From a candidate division FCPU426 bacterium (GTDB taxonomy: Bacteria; Oederibacteriota; Muellerivitia; Muellerivitales; Muellerivitaceae), in assembly GCA_963796105.1 (NCBI GenBank), contig CAWCKJ010000010.1, positions 96,001-160,000 on the forward strand: 64,000 nucleotides of DNA, read 5' to 3'. The notes under the pieces were generated by a model, which made no database searches, was not told the origin of the DNA, and saw nothing but the letters and a program-made list of their open reading frames with translations. Below are positions 1 through 9,542 of the stretch, piece by piece. Positions within the stretch are counted from its first letter, which is position 1, and the number at the start of each line of letters is the position of its first letter. Made by a program: the position numbers and the translations under genes.

Positions 1-371
1 CTAATTTTACACAATTGCCGTTGCCGATAAATTTAAAGGTAACACCTCGAATCACGGACGATGGAAGAATAACCACCAATATGGCTGTGACAGTAACTTC
101 TCAAACAGGACCAGTCGTGGTTGCTCCTCAAACTGGGGCTCAGGGACCCCCGCCAACAAGCGTTCAGGACACCAATACTACGATTACAACAAAAAATGGC
201 GAAACTATTGTTATCGGTGGTCTTGTGCGTTACACGGTTCAGGATTCCATGAGTGGAATTCCTCTTTTATCAAGCTTGCCAATTATTGGCACTCTCTTCC
301 AGAATAGGACTTATACCAATCAGAAAGTTGAATTGGTGATATTTATTACTCCCACCTTGCTGGAAGATTAA
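1..371 (+). CDS. pilQ: Type IV pilus/T2SS secretin, C-terminal part (5' truncated by window)
   Basis: Secretin C-terminal motifs L.VTPRI, NGETIVIGGL, GIPLLSSLPIIGTLF, ELVIFITP; lies upstream of aroC/K/B as is usual for pilQ; frame open to window edge. Confidence 0.8.
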   Translation, partial: NFTQLPLPINLKVTPRITDDGRITTNMAVTVTSQTGPVVVAPQTGAQGPPPTSVQDTNTTITTKNGETIVIGGLVRYTVQDSMSGIPLLSSLPIIGTLFQNRTYTNQKVELVIFITPTLLED

Positions 372-393
372 TTTTATCCTTGTTTGTAAATTG

Positions 394-428
394 ATAAGCG
401 TCTTTATAATAAAGACGCTTATTTTTTT
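394..428 (+). terminator. Intrinsic terminator-like hairpin
   Basis: ATAAGCGTCTTTA-TAA-TAAAGACGCTTAT followed by a T run. Confidence 0.65.
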
Positions 429-518
429 GCAGGATTTGTGATTCAAACCTTAATTAGAAAACCTATACACACAATTCATTAGGATTAACTTGTAGCCCGA
501 TAATCTTTTAAAAAGGAT

Positions 519-1688
519 TTGACCTTGGGAATTCGATTCTTAACCTCTGGAGAGTCACACGGAAAGGGTTTGATCGCCATACTGGAGGGATTTCCTTCTA
601 ACCTCGCCGTTTCAGTTGATGACATTAATACGGAGCTCGCCCGCCGGCAGAAAGGTTATGGGCGTGGCGGTAGGATGAAAATTGAAAAAGATCAAGTGGA
701 AATTTTATCTGGAGTGAGAAAGGGCATCACGCTGGGTTCGCCGATTGCGTTATTGATTAATAACCTTGATTATGAAAACTGGCGAAAAATAATGACCCCT
801 AACTTAGAGGACGCTTTTAATGCGAGTTCTGTTCAGCGACCACGACCTGGCCATGCTGATCTTCCCGGGGGTATCAAATACAACCAGAACGACTTGAGAA
901 ACATATTGGAGAGAGCCAGTGCACGCGAGACTGCCATAAGGGTTGCAGCAGGCGCCGTGGCTAAGAAATTTTTAACCCAATTTGGGATTTCCATTCAAAG
1001 CCATGTGATTCAACTGGGTGCGGTAAAGGTCAATCAACGAAAGTTACGGTTACAAAAAATCAATCAATTGGCAGATCGTTCTCCTGTGAGAATGTTGGAA
1101 GAAAATGCATCGAGAAAAGCCGTGTCTCAGATCGATCAGTCGCGGGAAAAAGGCAATACCCTTGGGGGTGTCTTTGAAATCGTTGCTACTGGGGTTCCGG
1201 TTGGTATTGGCAGCCATGTTCAATGGGATAGGAAATTAGACGCACGGTTAGCATATTCCTTGATGAGTATGCAAGCCATTAAAGGCGTTGAGATAGGCCG
1301 GGGTTTTGAAAACGCTGGTAAATTAGGTTCGGAAGTCCATGATGAAATTATGTTCACTAAAAAAAGAGGATTTTACCATTTCACTAATAATGCCGGAGGA
1401 ATAGAAGGCGGAATTTCCAACGGAGAACCTATTGTGTTACGGGCTGCCATGAAGCCGATTTCAACACTTCGGCGACCTCTTCGTTCCATCAATATTCAGA
1501 CCAAGAAAATCGTCAAGGCGACTTATGAAAGATCCGATATATGCGCATTGCCCGCGGCTTCGATCATTGGAGAGGCATTATGCGCTTGGGTTTTAGCCGA
1601 CGGTTTCATGGAAAAATTCGGGGGTGATTTTATGGAGGAAATCCTTAAACGCCACCAAATATATTTAAACCATATCAAACGGTACTAA
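519..1688 (+). CDS. aroC: Chorismate synthase
   Basis: RFLTSGESHG, RPRPGHAD, ERASARETA, NNAGGIEGGISNG, MKPISTL motifs. Confidence 0.97.
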   Translation: MTLGIRFLTSGESHGKGLIAILEGFPSNLAVSVDDINTELARRQKGYGRGGRMKIEKDQVEILSGVRKGITLGSPIALLINNLDYENWRKIMTPNLEDAFNASSVQRPRPGHADLPGGIKYNQNDLRNILERASARETAIRVAAGAVAKKFLTQFGISIQSHVIQLGAVKVNQRKLRLQKINQLADRSPVRMLEENASRKAVSQIDQSREKGNTLGGVFEIVATGVPVGIGSHVQWDRKLDARLAYSLMSMQAIKGVEIGRGFENAGKLGSEVHDEIMFTKKRGFYHFTNNAGGIEGGISNGEPIVLRAAMKPISTLRRPLRSINIQTKKIVKATYERSDICALPAASIIGEALCAWVLADGFMEKFGGDFMEEILKRHQIYLNHIKRY

Positions 1689-1696
1689 ATTTTCTC

Positions 1697-2212
1697 ATGA
1701 TTCCCCATGATAACATCATCTTAGTTGGTTTTATGGGTTCTGGAAAAACGACCACAGGTAAAGAATTGGCGCAGTTGATCCGGTACAATTTCTGGGATAT
1801 TGATCACTGGATTGAGGAAAAAAATTTCAAGAAAGTCAGCGACATATTCCGTGATGAGGGTGAAGCTTCATTTCGAATTCAAGAAAAAGAAGCTATCCAA
1901 TGGTTTACAGGAAGGAAAAAATACGTAGTTTCAACAGGTGGAGGTATTTGGATTAATGAAGAGAATCGTAAGCAGCTGTTGGAATTGGGTTTGTGTATAT
2001 GGCTAAAAGTATCGCCCAAACAGGTTTTTGATAGGATCAAACATAGTTTGCCTCAGAGGCCGCTTTTGGCGAGGGAGCCGGACCCATTGAAAAAGATTAC
2101 AGAACTGATGGAAATGAGAAATGTCTTCTATGAACAAACGCAATTCTCGATAAATACTGACGGAAAACAGCCCAAAGAAGTCGCAATCGAAATAGAAAAA
2201 ATATTGGAATGA
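1697..2212 (+). CDS. aroK: Shikimate kinase
   Basis: NIILVGFMGSGKTT P-loop, GE..FR..E, STGGG, RPLL. Confidence 0.96.
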   Translation: MIPHDNIILVGFMGSGKTTTGKELAQLIRYNFWDIDHWIEEKNFKKVSDIFRDEGEASFRIQEKEAIQWFTGRKKYVVSTGGGIWINEENRKQLLELGLCIWLKVSPKQVFDRIKHSLPQRPLLAREPDPLKKITELMEMRNVFYEQTQFSINTDGKQPKEVAIEIEKILE

Positions 2213-2429
2213 TCATAGCGAAATAGCTTCTCTGGTCTTTTAAAATTTATCATTGATTTTTTATATCTTCTACAGGGTTCACGGCAAAACTCATGCAATG
2301 AGGGAATATTTTATTAAGACGTGAATTGCGACATTTTCTGAAGGTGTGAGCCGCTTTTAACTCTTGGAACTTTTTCAAATTTGAAAATTATTATTGTTTA
2401 TTAGACAAAATAGTTAAAGGGCTATACAA

Positions 2430-3536
2430 ATGAAAATTGTTCCAGTGAAACTTTTAGAAACTCATTACGATATAATCATCGGCGAAAATGCATTGGCAAA
2501 CTCGCATAAATACATTCCGGGAGTAATTCCCGGGAATAAAATACTCGTCATTACAACGGGAAACATTTATAAAAAATACGGGGCTAAACTCTGGGGAAGC
2601 CTGAAAAAAACAAGAAAAGCAATAATCTTTCACCTGATTCCGGACGGGGAAGTTTACAAAAACCAAAAATATTTATTTTATTTGTTAAATATGATGTCTA
2701 AAACAAGATTGCAAAGAGATTGCGGCATTATCGCGTTTGGTGGTGGAGTGATTGGCGATTTGACGGGTTTTGCCGCTTCCATCTATATGCGCGGAATTAA
2801 GTTTGTCCAGTGTCCTACAACCCTGCTGGCACAAGTTGATGCCAGTATCGGGGGAAAAACGGCTGTTGATTATTATGGTGTCAAAAATCTGATAGGTTCT
2901 TTTTATCAGCCAAATCTTGTATTAACCGATATAAGTGTTTTAAAAACTCTGGATAAAAGACAATTCAGGACTGGTTTGGCGGAAATCATAAAACATGGAA
3001 TTATTCTCGATCCGAAATTGTTCAATTATTTGGAATTGAATCTTGATAAAGCATTAAACCGAAATCCTAAAATTTTGCTGACGATTATTGCTAGATCTTG
3101 TGAAATAAAAGCTGGGATCGTTTCTAAGGATGAGAAGGAATCGGGAATTCGGATGTGGCTAAATTATGGCCATACTTTCGGCCATGCCTTGGAATCATAC
3201 TTTAAATATAAGATAGTAACTCATGGAGAAGCGGTTGCTTATGGAATGCGATTGGCTTCTTTGGTTTCGCTGCGTTTAAACCTTTGCGGTCCTGAGGTTG
3301 TGGCTCGTCAATATGATTTATTAAAAAGAGCTGGATTGTTTCGCAAAGTTCCCCATTTTGAGTTAAATGAAATTTATCAAAAAATGTTCCTGGATAAAAA
3401 GGCAAGAAACGGCGGAATCCAATTTGTATTGACAAGAAAAATCGGTCTTGTTAGCATTCATAAAAGTGTGTCAAAATCCGTTCTTTTTTCGGCTTTAAAT
3501 CAACTTCAAAATGAATTGAGAGAGAATTATAACTGA
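2430..3536 (+). CDS. aroB: 3-dehydroquinate synthase
   Basis: GGGVIGDLTGF, PTTLLAQVDASIGGKT, LNYGHTFGHALE, HGEAV. Confidence 0.97.
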   Translation: MKIVPVKLLETHYDIIIGENALANSHKYIPGVIPGNKILVITTGNIYKKYGAKLWGSLKKTRKAIIFHLIPDGEVYKNQKYLFYLLNMMSKTRLQRDCGIIAFGGGVIGDLTGFAASIYMRGIKFVQCPTTLLAQVDASIGGKTAVDYYGVKNLIGSFYQPNLVLTDISVLKTLDKRQFRTGLAEIIKHGIILDPKLFNYLELNLDKALNRNPKILLTIIARSCEIKAGIVSKDEKESGIRMWLNYGHTFGHALESYFKYKIVTHGEAVAYGMRLASLVSLRLNLCGPEVVARQYDLLKRAGLFRKVPHFELNEIYQKMFLDKKARNGGIQFVLTRKIGLVSIHKSVSKSVLFSALNQLQNELRENYN

Positions 3537-3537
3537 A

Positions 3538-4833
3538 ATGCCCAAGGACTCCCATACGTCGGAAATAAACGAACTTAAAAAAAAGATGGAAGAAAACCCG
3601 GATTCATTGGTATTTGCTCTTTTAGCAGATGCTTACCGCAAAGAAGGCGATTTAGTTCAAGCGCAAGAAATTTGTCAAAAGGGCCTCCAAAAACATCCCA
3701 ACCATACAATTGCTAAAATCGTGTTAGGCAGGATATTCCAGGGCCAAAATAAAGTTGACGATGCGTCGCTGGAATATAAACAAGTCCTTGAAGCGGATCC
3801 GGAAAATATTATGGCTCATTCTCTTCTTGGCTCACTTCACGTCCAAAAAAAAGAATATCAAGAAGCTATTGAGGAATTCCAAAAAGTATTAACGCTGAAT
3901 CCAGATGATGAGGAGGCTCCAATTGCGTTAAAGGAAGCAATCGAGAGAGCGGCGATTGAACAGCAAAATAACATTAAAACCTCCAATAAAGAAGCCGCCC
4001 AAACCAACGTGAAAAATCCAACGAAAGAAAGTAATGCCACAATAACCTTGGCAGAGCTTTACATTAAGCAAAATCATTTTGATAAGGCGATCGAGGTCTT
4101 TCAAGAGCTTTTGGCTAATGATCCTCAAAATCTTATGCTCCGACAAAAGCTTTCGGATGCCGTTGAAAGACACCAAAAAGATTCCGCCGTAGGGCCTATA
4201 GTGACTAAGCTTAAAAAAAATGAATTCACCCAACCGCCGGATCATAAAGAGGATGTTTTGGTAGAAGAACAAAAATCCGAGACTAAAAAGTATCCGAAGA
4301 AAAAGGAAGATGATTCTAAGTTTACAAATGAGGATATCCTACAAGTCATGCGACGTGGCGGCAAAGATGACATTATGGAGGAAGAAAAGACCATTCCGAG
4401 TATGAAGAAAAAAGATGACCTTATGCCCGTCTCTCAAGAGGGGGCGGAAAAAAATACTAACCCTAAATGGAATGCCAAAAATAATGTTGAATTAAAGAGC
4501 ATTTTGGGGGAACTGGGAAGCGTTGATGGAATCATCGATTGCTTTTTAATAGATTTGAATGGAAATCTCGTTGTTTCAACGGATGAATCAGGTAATAATG
4601 CTGTTTTGGGAAAACAAATAAATACTATATTTGATAGTATCACTAAATCCGTTAATAAGTTAAATCAAGGGAATTCGCAGCAAATATTAATAACCTCTGA
4701 CTCCGGGCACATACAGTTGGTCTCTTTTCCAGAGTTGATATTAATTGTATTGACCAATAACAAAATAAATTTGGGTTTTTTGAGGCTAACTTTAGATTCG
4801 GTCCGAAAGAAAATGGAAAAAGTAATAAAGTAG
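3538..4833 (+). CDS. TPR-repeat protein with C-terminal roadblock/LC7 domain
   Basis: N-terminal TPRs (LADAYRKEG, LGRIF, TLAELY..Q), charged linker, C-terminal ~115 aa with GI..CFLID.NG and NLGFLRL typical of roadblock. Confidence 0.8.
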   Translation: MPKDSHTSEINELKKKMEENPDSLVFALLADAYRKEGDLVQAQEICQKGLQKHPNHTIAKIVLGRIFQGQNKVDDASLEYKQVLEADPENIMAHSLLGSLHVQKKEYQEAIEEFQKVLTLNPDDEEAPIALKEAIERAAIEQQNNIKTSNKEAAQTNVKNPTKESNATITLAELYIKQNHFDKAIEVFQELLANDPQNLMLRQKLSDAVERHQKDSAVGPIVTKLKKNEFTQPPDHKEDVLVEEQKSETKKYPKKKEDDSKFTNEDILQVMRRGGKDDIMEEEKTIPSMKKKDDLMPVSQEGAEKNTNPKWNAKNNVELKSILGELGSVDGIIDCFLIDLNGNLVVSTDESGNNAVLGKQINTIFDSITKSVNKLNQGNSQQILITSDSGHIQLVSFPELILIVLTNNKINLGFLRLTLDSVRKKMEKVIK

Positions 4834-4877
4834 AATATTTTTCAAAATTTAAAAAGGGTTTAAATTAAGGTTTAAAA

Positions 4878-5237
4878 ATGGATTTTAAAAAAATATTAGA
4901 GGAAACAATTTTGAGCGTCGAAGGCGCCATTGGCGCTGGATTGGTAGGCATGGATGGAATAGTCATCGATCAAATCTCCAAAAATTCAACATTTGACATC
5001 AACGCGGTGGGCGCGGAATATTCAAGCATTATTAAAAACGCCTTGAAGGCTTCCTCGAATTTCGGTTTGGGAAACACTACTGAAATATTGATTACGACTG
5101 ATAAGGCAACCATGATCATGATGATGGTAGGCCAGAATTATTTCATTACCTTGGCCCTTAACCTGGATGGAAATTTAGGAAGAGGCCGGCTGGAGTTAAA
5201 GAAATCCATCCCCAAGTTTGAAAAAGAGTTAACCTAA
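4878..5237 (+). CDS. Roadblock/LC7 protein, MglC-like
   Basis: 119 aa; VEGAIGAGLVGMDGIVI and GNLGRGRLEL; position near pilQ. Confidence 0.8.
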   Translation: MDFKKILEETILSVEGAIGAGLVGMDGIVIDQISKNSTFDINAVGAEYSSIIKNALKASSNFGLGNTTEILITTDKATMIMMMVGQNYFITLALNLDGNLGRGRLELKKSIPKFEKELT

Positions 5238-5239
5238 AG

Positions 5240-6079
5240 TTGGTCCATTCGGAATCAAATTTCTCTCAAACAGATCCCTTCGATCCGGAATTGTTGAAAT
5301 ATACCGGGATTAAAAATGTGTTTAAGTCCTGGTTTTGGAGAAGTTACGACCATTTAGGGCATATTATTCTTTACAATTTTATTTGGGCGGGCTGTCTCAC
5401 TTGCTTGGATTATTTCGTTTGGAACAGGGGGTGGTGCGGCTCTTGGCAGAAGTTAAATACCCCCGTTATTTTCGTATTGTTCTTATTTAACAGCGGCATT
5501 TCAGTTGGCTGGGCCTATATTATCTTTAAAATCATCAACGAAAGAACCGCGAATATTAAGGATTATTTTATTGGCGTTAAAAGCTATTTGATTAAGGCGT
5601 TGGGTATCACGGGAATAACTTTCCTCCTATTCTTGATCGCATATTATGATTTTTTGTTTTATATCACTCTTTTGAATCGTCAGAATATCCTTGTTTATCT
5701 AACATTTGGTTTGACAACTTGGATTTTATTGTTTCTTGCATGCTGCACTCTCTATCAATTTCCCTTATTGTTTTTTCAGGACCCTCCCTTTTGGAAAATA
5801 TATTATCGCTCTGGAATTTTAGTGATCGGAAATATTTGGCTAGCCCTCTTTATGGTTATCTTCTTTTTAATCTCTTTTAGCCTCTTTATGGCGGTGCCGG
5901 TAGCGTGGTTTTTTGGCGGTTTGGCTTATTTCTTTTCGTTCCAATGTGTAGTGCTTGAAAAGAGTTTGATTAAGTATAAAATAACATTTAGAGACAGGCC
6001 TTTGCGGGAATTCCTTCAATTTTTAGAGACGGAAAATAACAGGGGGTGGCGTCAATTTTTCCGCCCTTGGGAGCATTGA
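5240..6079 (+). CDS. Integral membrane protein (DUF624-like)
   Basis: About 6 hydrophobic segments; operonic spacing. Confidence 0.55.
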   Translation: MVHSESNFSQTDPFDPELLKYTGIKNVFKSWFWRSYDHLGHIILYNFIWAGCLTCLDYFVWNRGWCGSWQKLNTPVIFVLFLFNSGISVGWAYIIFKIINERTANIKDYFIGVKSYLIKALGITGITFLLFLIAYYDFLFYITLLNRQNILVYLTFGLTTWILLFLACCTLYQFPLLFFQDPPFWKIYYRSGILVIGNIWLALFMVIFFLISFSLFMAVPVAWFFGGLAYFFSFQCVVLEKSLIKYKITFRDRPLREFLQFLETENNRGWRQFFRPWEH

Positions 6080-6366
6080 TGAACCGACCGATAAGATGGG
6101 GCATGCTTTTTACCATAGGAATCATTGCGTATCTACTGGTCAGCGGAAATCGCGGGATATGGAATTTGTATCAAATGCACGATGAGAAAGTGAAACTGAA
6201 ATTGGATGTCCAGAATTTAGAAACCGAAATTCTCAGGAATCAAATGGAATACAAATCATTTGGGAAAAGCAACTCAAGTTTCGAGAAACAGGCCCGGGAG
6301 GATTTAAACCTAATTAAGCCAGGGGAAATAGAATATAAATTCGCTTCCTCCAATGGTAACCGTTGA
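6079..6366 (+). CDS. ftsB: Septum formation initiator FtsB/DivIC
   Basis: Single TM, coiled coil, EKQAREDLNLIKPGE motif; ATG at 6079 overlaps upstream TGA. Confidence 0.85.
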   Translation: MNRPIRWGMLFTIGIIAYLLVSGNRGIWNLYQMHDEKVKLKLDVQNLETEILRNQMEYKSFGKSNSSFEKQAREDLNLIKPGEIEYKFASSNGNR

Positions 6367-6386
6367 TATCCATCCATTAAACTTAA

Positions 6387-6415
6387 TTGACATCCTAGCA
6401 TTAGCCGGTTATCTT
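6387..6415 (+). promoter_or_regulatory. Sigma70-type promoter for the tRNA pair
   Basis: TTGACA-N17-TATCTT. Confidence 0.5.
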
Positions 6416-6536
6416 ACATTTTCTTGAATTTTTCCTTTTAAACAGTAAAAATTATTCATATTGGTTTTTGATTTGTTTTCATGTTTTGAGCTTTAATTTT
6501 GCCTTTATGACTTGCGATTTTTGATAAAAAATGAAG

Positions 6537-6624
6537 GCCGAGATGGCGGAACTGGCAGACGCAAGGGACTTAAAATCCCTCGGGCCTAAAGCCCGTCCCG
6601 GTTCGATTCCGGGTCTCGGCACCA
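6537..6624 (+). tRNA. tRNA-Leu(TAA)
   Basis: GCCGAGA/TCTCGGC acceptor stem, anticodon arm AGGGA-CT-TAA-AA-TCCCT, long variable arm, GTTCGA, CCA end. Confidence 0.96.
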
Positions 6625-6657
6625 AGAATAGCTATGGCACTTTAAGTGCCAAAAAGA

Positions 6658-6734
<77 letters not shown>

Positions 6735-6738
6735 ACGG

Positions 6739-6769
6739 AAAAGCCGCCCATGAGGGCGGCTTTTTTTTT
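6739..6769 (+). terminator. Intrinsic terminator after tRNAs
   Basis: AAAAGCCGCCC-ATGA-GGGCGGCTTTTTTTTT. Confidence 0.9.
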
Positions 6770-6827
6770 AATGTGGGAACTTTTTATAGGCCCGTTGAAT
6801 TTGTTTTTCAGTCGACCTTTTTAATAT

Positions 6828-7664
6828 TTGGCATTTAACGCTAATCAAACCATTCGGAGTAAATGTTTGCGAACTTCAGCCTCGATTGCGCATTGGCTGC
6901 CTTATTTGGGGAAGTATTTAGAAAACCTCGTTCTTTTAGAAGATGGAGCATCCGAGCTTTTCAGACTATCCCTTTTGGGGAAAAAGTTAATTTCTTCCCG
7001 TTTGACGGAGCCCATTTGGGGTTATCAGGATATCCATTATCCTTTTAAACCTTTTCACGAACATCTATTGAAACAAGGTTTGAAAAAAGCGAGAAACCAG
7101 AATGTTTATGGACTCAAGGCGGATTGCGTATATTACCGGGAGGATTTGGGTAAAATACTTTTTATTATTTCCCGAGGGGTTAAAAACGGGGTTAGCGACT
7201 CAAATGTTGTTAAAGGCGGGGCAAAATATAAAGTTTCCTTTCTCATGGAAAATACGCACTCCGTCGAGGTTAAATATTTAAACCATCATTTTGATGTGAA
7301 AGTACCGCAAGTGGGCAGATTTATATTGGAAAAAGGACTCAGGCTAAAGAGGAATCGGATAATAAAACCAGCCTTGATTTTTTGGCTGGCGAGGGATTTG
7401 ACCAATATTATGGAATTAATGATCAATCACCGGGAACTACAAAATGAGGCATTAATGGATATGTCTGAAATACGGCCCTCCAGTTTGATCAAACAATTTC
7501 TGACGAACTTAAAATCCAACGGTCCCGGTTCAGTTGTTTGGGAATCAGCTCAAAAATTATTTTTGGAAAACCACCCAAATGAGAAAATCGTCCTGGTGAC
7601 CAGCTGGTATTGGAAATTTCTGACCCAAGTTTCCCAATTGCTCAGGGAAAAAACTAATGAGTGA
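6828..7664 (+). CDS. Hypothetical protein
   Basis: 278-aa open frame in AT-rich DNA overlapping the next gene start; no motif recognised; start uncertain. Confidence 0.5.
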   Translation: MAFNANQTIRSKCLRTSASIAHWLPYLGKYLENLVLLEDGASELFRLSLLGKKLISSRLTEPIWGYQDIHYPFKPFHEHLLKQGLKKARNQNVYGLKADCVYYREDLGKILFIISRGVKNGVSDSNVVKGGAKYKVSFLMENTHSVEVKYLNHHFDVKVPQVGRFILEKGLRLKRNRIIKPALIFWLARDLTNIMELMINHRELQNEALMDMSEIRPSSLIKQFLTNLKSNGPGSVVWESAQKLFLENHPNEKIVLVTSWYWKFLTQVSQLLREKTNE

Positions 7665-8421
7665 TAATAAAATAAAAAGCATGAGCGGGATTTTAGCCCC
7701 GTCTCGGTCTGTGGCCCTTGTGACGGGCGGATCCAGTTCACTGGGCGGGGCAATCAGCTTAAAGCTTGCTGCCCAGGGAATAAGGGTAGTCCTTCACTTC
7801 AGTCAATCCAAGGATAAAACCGAAAATCTTCAGAGGAAAATCCAATCGATGGGAGGCCGAGCCTTTTCCATTCATGCCGATTTAAACAACCCGAAACGGA
7901 CAAAACAGTTGGTGAAAAAAACAGTTCAAAAGTGGGGAAGACTTGATCTTTTGATCAATAACGCTTCGATATTCAATCCAACGCCCTTTCATGACGGCGA
8001 CATCGGGACCTGGGAAGAAATATTTCGCGTCAATGTCATGTCGCCGTTTATGTTATCCGCCGAAGCTGGAAAATGGCTGAGGAAAACCAGGGGGTGTATC
8101 GTGAATATCACCGATATTTATGGACAGGAACCCCGGCTAAAAAACTATGCGGCCTATTGCGCGTCTAAAGCCGCCCTGATTTCCTTGACGAAATGGCTGG
8201 CGTTTAATCTAGGACCCGAAGTCCGCGTGAACGCTGTTTCCCCCGGTGCGATTACTTTTCCCAACCAATACAAATCAGGAAAAAGAAAGAAGTTAACGGA
8301 TAAAACCGCGTTGAAAAGGAAAGGGCAACCCGAGGATATCGCCAACGCTGTTTGGATGATGGCTTCCAACCATTTTCTCACAGGACAAATACTCAATGTG
8401 GATGGGGGGCGTTTTATTTAA
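7657..8421 (+). CDS. SDR-family oxidoreductase, pteridine reductase/FolM-like
   Basis: ALVTGGS..LG, LINNASIF, IVNITD, Y.ASK, VRVNAVSPG, TGQILNVDGG; convergent with folBK. Confidence 0.85.
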   Translation: MSDNKIKSMSGILAPSRSVALVTGGSSSLGGAISLKLAAQGIRVVLHFSQSKDKTENLQRKIQSMGGRAFSIHADLNNPKRTKQLVKKTVQKWGRLDLLINNASIFNPTPFHDGDIGTWEEIFRVNVMSPFMLSAEAGKWLRKTRGCIVNITDIYGQEPRLKNYAAYCASKAALISLTKWLAFNLGPEVRVNAVSPGAITFPNQYKSGKRKKLTDKTALKRKGQPEDIANAVWMMASNHFLTGQILNVDGGRFI

Positions 8422-9377
8422 AAAAGCGGCCTGGGCTGAAACGCGGGAAAGGTATCCGACGGCAGACGGCTGATTCGCTGGGTTCCATTTTTAAAAATCG
8501 ATGATATTTCAATCATCGATTTTCCGTTTTTAGGATGAATGAGATTTGGGCAAATCTCCAATAAGGGATAAAGGACAAAAGCTTTTTTCTCGATATCCGG
8601 GTGGGGGACGGAGTAATTTTTGTTCTTAACCACGGAATCCCCAAATAGGATTAAATCCACATCCAAGGTTCTCGGGCCGAAAGATTTATGGGTTTTTACC
8701 CGTTGATTCCTTTCCTCCAAATTGGAAATCCAATCGCGAATGGCTTTGGGATCTTCAATGTTATTCCTACCCGCGACCACCATGTTCCAAAATAGGGGCT
8801 GATTTTTAAAACCGACCGGGGTTGTCTTGTAGGCGTGTGAAATACCCTTCAAGTGAAACTTTTCATCCATCGCCTCCAGGGCTTTTTCCAAGTGAAGCCT
8901 GGGGGAAAGGTTCGAACCCAGGCTGAAGAAAGCCAATTCACGGGAAGAATGAGACGGCAAAGACCTGTGAATTTCCACGCCCACGCTTTGAGACCCGCGG
9001 ATGGCGCCAGGCTTGGAAACCCTAAGGAATATCTCCCTCAAGCCGAATTTCGTCATCAGGTATCGGGACAATTCCTCGGCGAGGGTTTCGACAAGCTGGA
9101 AACCGCTTTTCTCGACGAATGAAATCGTGCTTTTCGCGATTTTCTTGTAGTCGACCGCGTCCTCGATTCTGTCATTTCGCGCGGCTGAGCGGATGTCGCA
9201 AGGGAACTTCAAGTCGATCAGGACGTCTTGCTTTTGCTTGCGTTCCCACTCGAAAATCCCAATGATGCAACGGATTTTAAGCCCGGTTAAATGGATAAAA
9301 TCATCGTTTTTCAAATTTAACTCCAGTGAATGGACGGCATCTTTATGAGGTTTTGCATTTCCAGCTTGTAGTTTCAA
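8418..9377 (-). CDS. folK: Bifunctional dihydroneopterin aldolase / HPPK (FolB-FolK fusion)
   Basis: FolB motifs IIGIFEWER..KQ, VDY, LVETLAE, SKPGA; FolK motifs SLGSNL, GPRTLDVDLI, PHP. Confidence 0.92.
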   Translation of the reverse strand: MKLQAGNAKPHKDAVHSLELNLKNDDFIHLTGLKIRCIIGIFEWERKQKQDVLIDLKFPCDIRSAARNDRIEDAVDYKKIAKSTISFVEKSGFQLVETLAEELSRYLMTKFGLREIFLRVSKPGAIRGSQSVGVEIHRSLPSHSSRELAFFSLGSNLSPRLHLEKALEAMDEKFHLKGISHAYKTTPVGFKNQPLFWNMVVAGRNNIEDPKAIRDWISNLEERNQRVKTHKSFGPRTLDVDLILFGDSVVKNKNYSVPHPDIEKKAFVLYPLLEICPNLIHPKNGKSMIEISSIFKNGTQRISRLPSDTFPAFQPRPLF

Positions 9378-9542
9378 TCATGTAAGACTCGGGAGATTGT
9401 ACGGGATCAAGCCATCCCCTCGAAATTTCGCAGGTACATGTTTTCATCAAAACATATAGATATTCAGGCGGTTAGGCAACAGTCTTTTTGCCTATTTAGA
9501 ATTCCGGTTGACGGTTCATGAGGGTTTTGTTTTTATGGGGCC

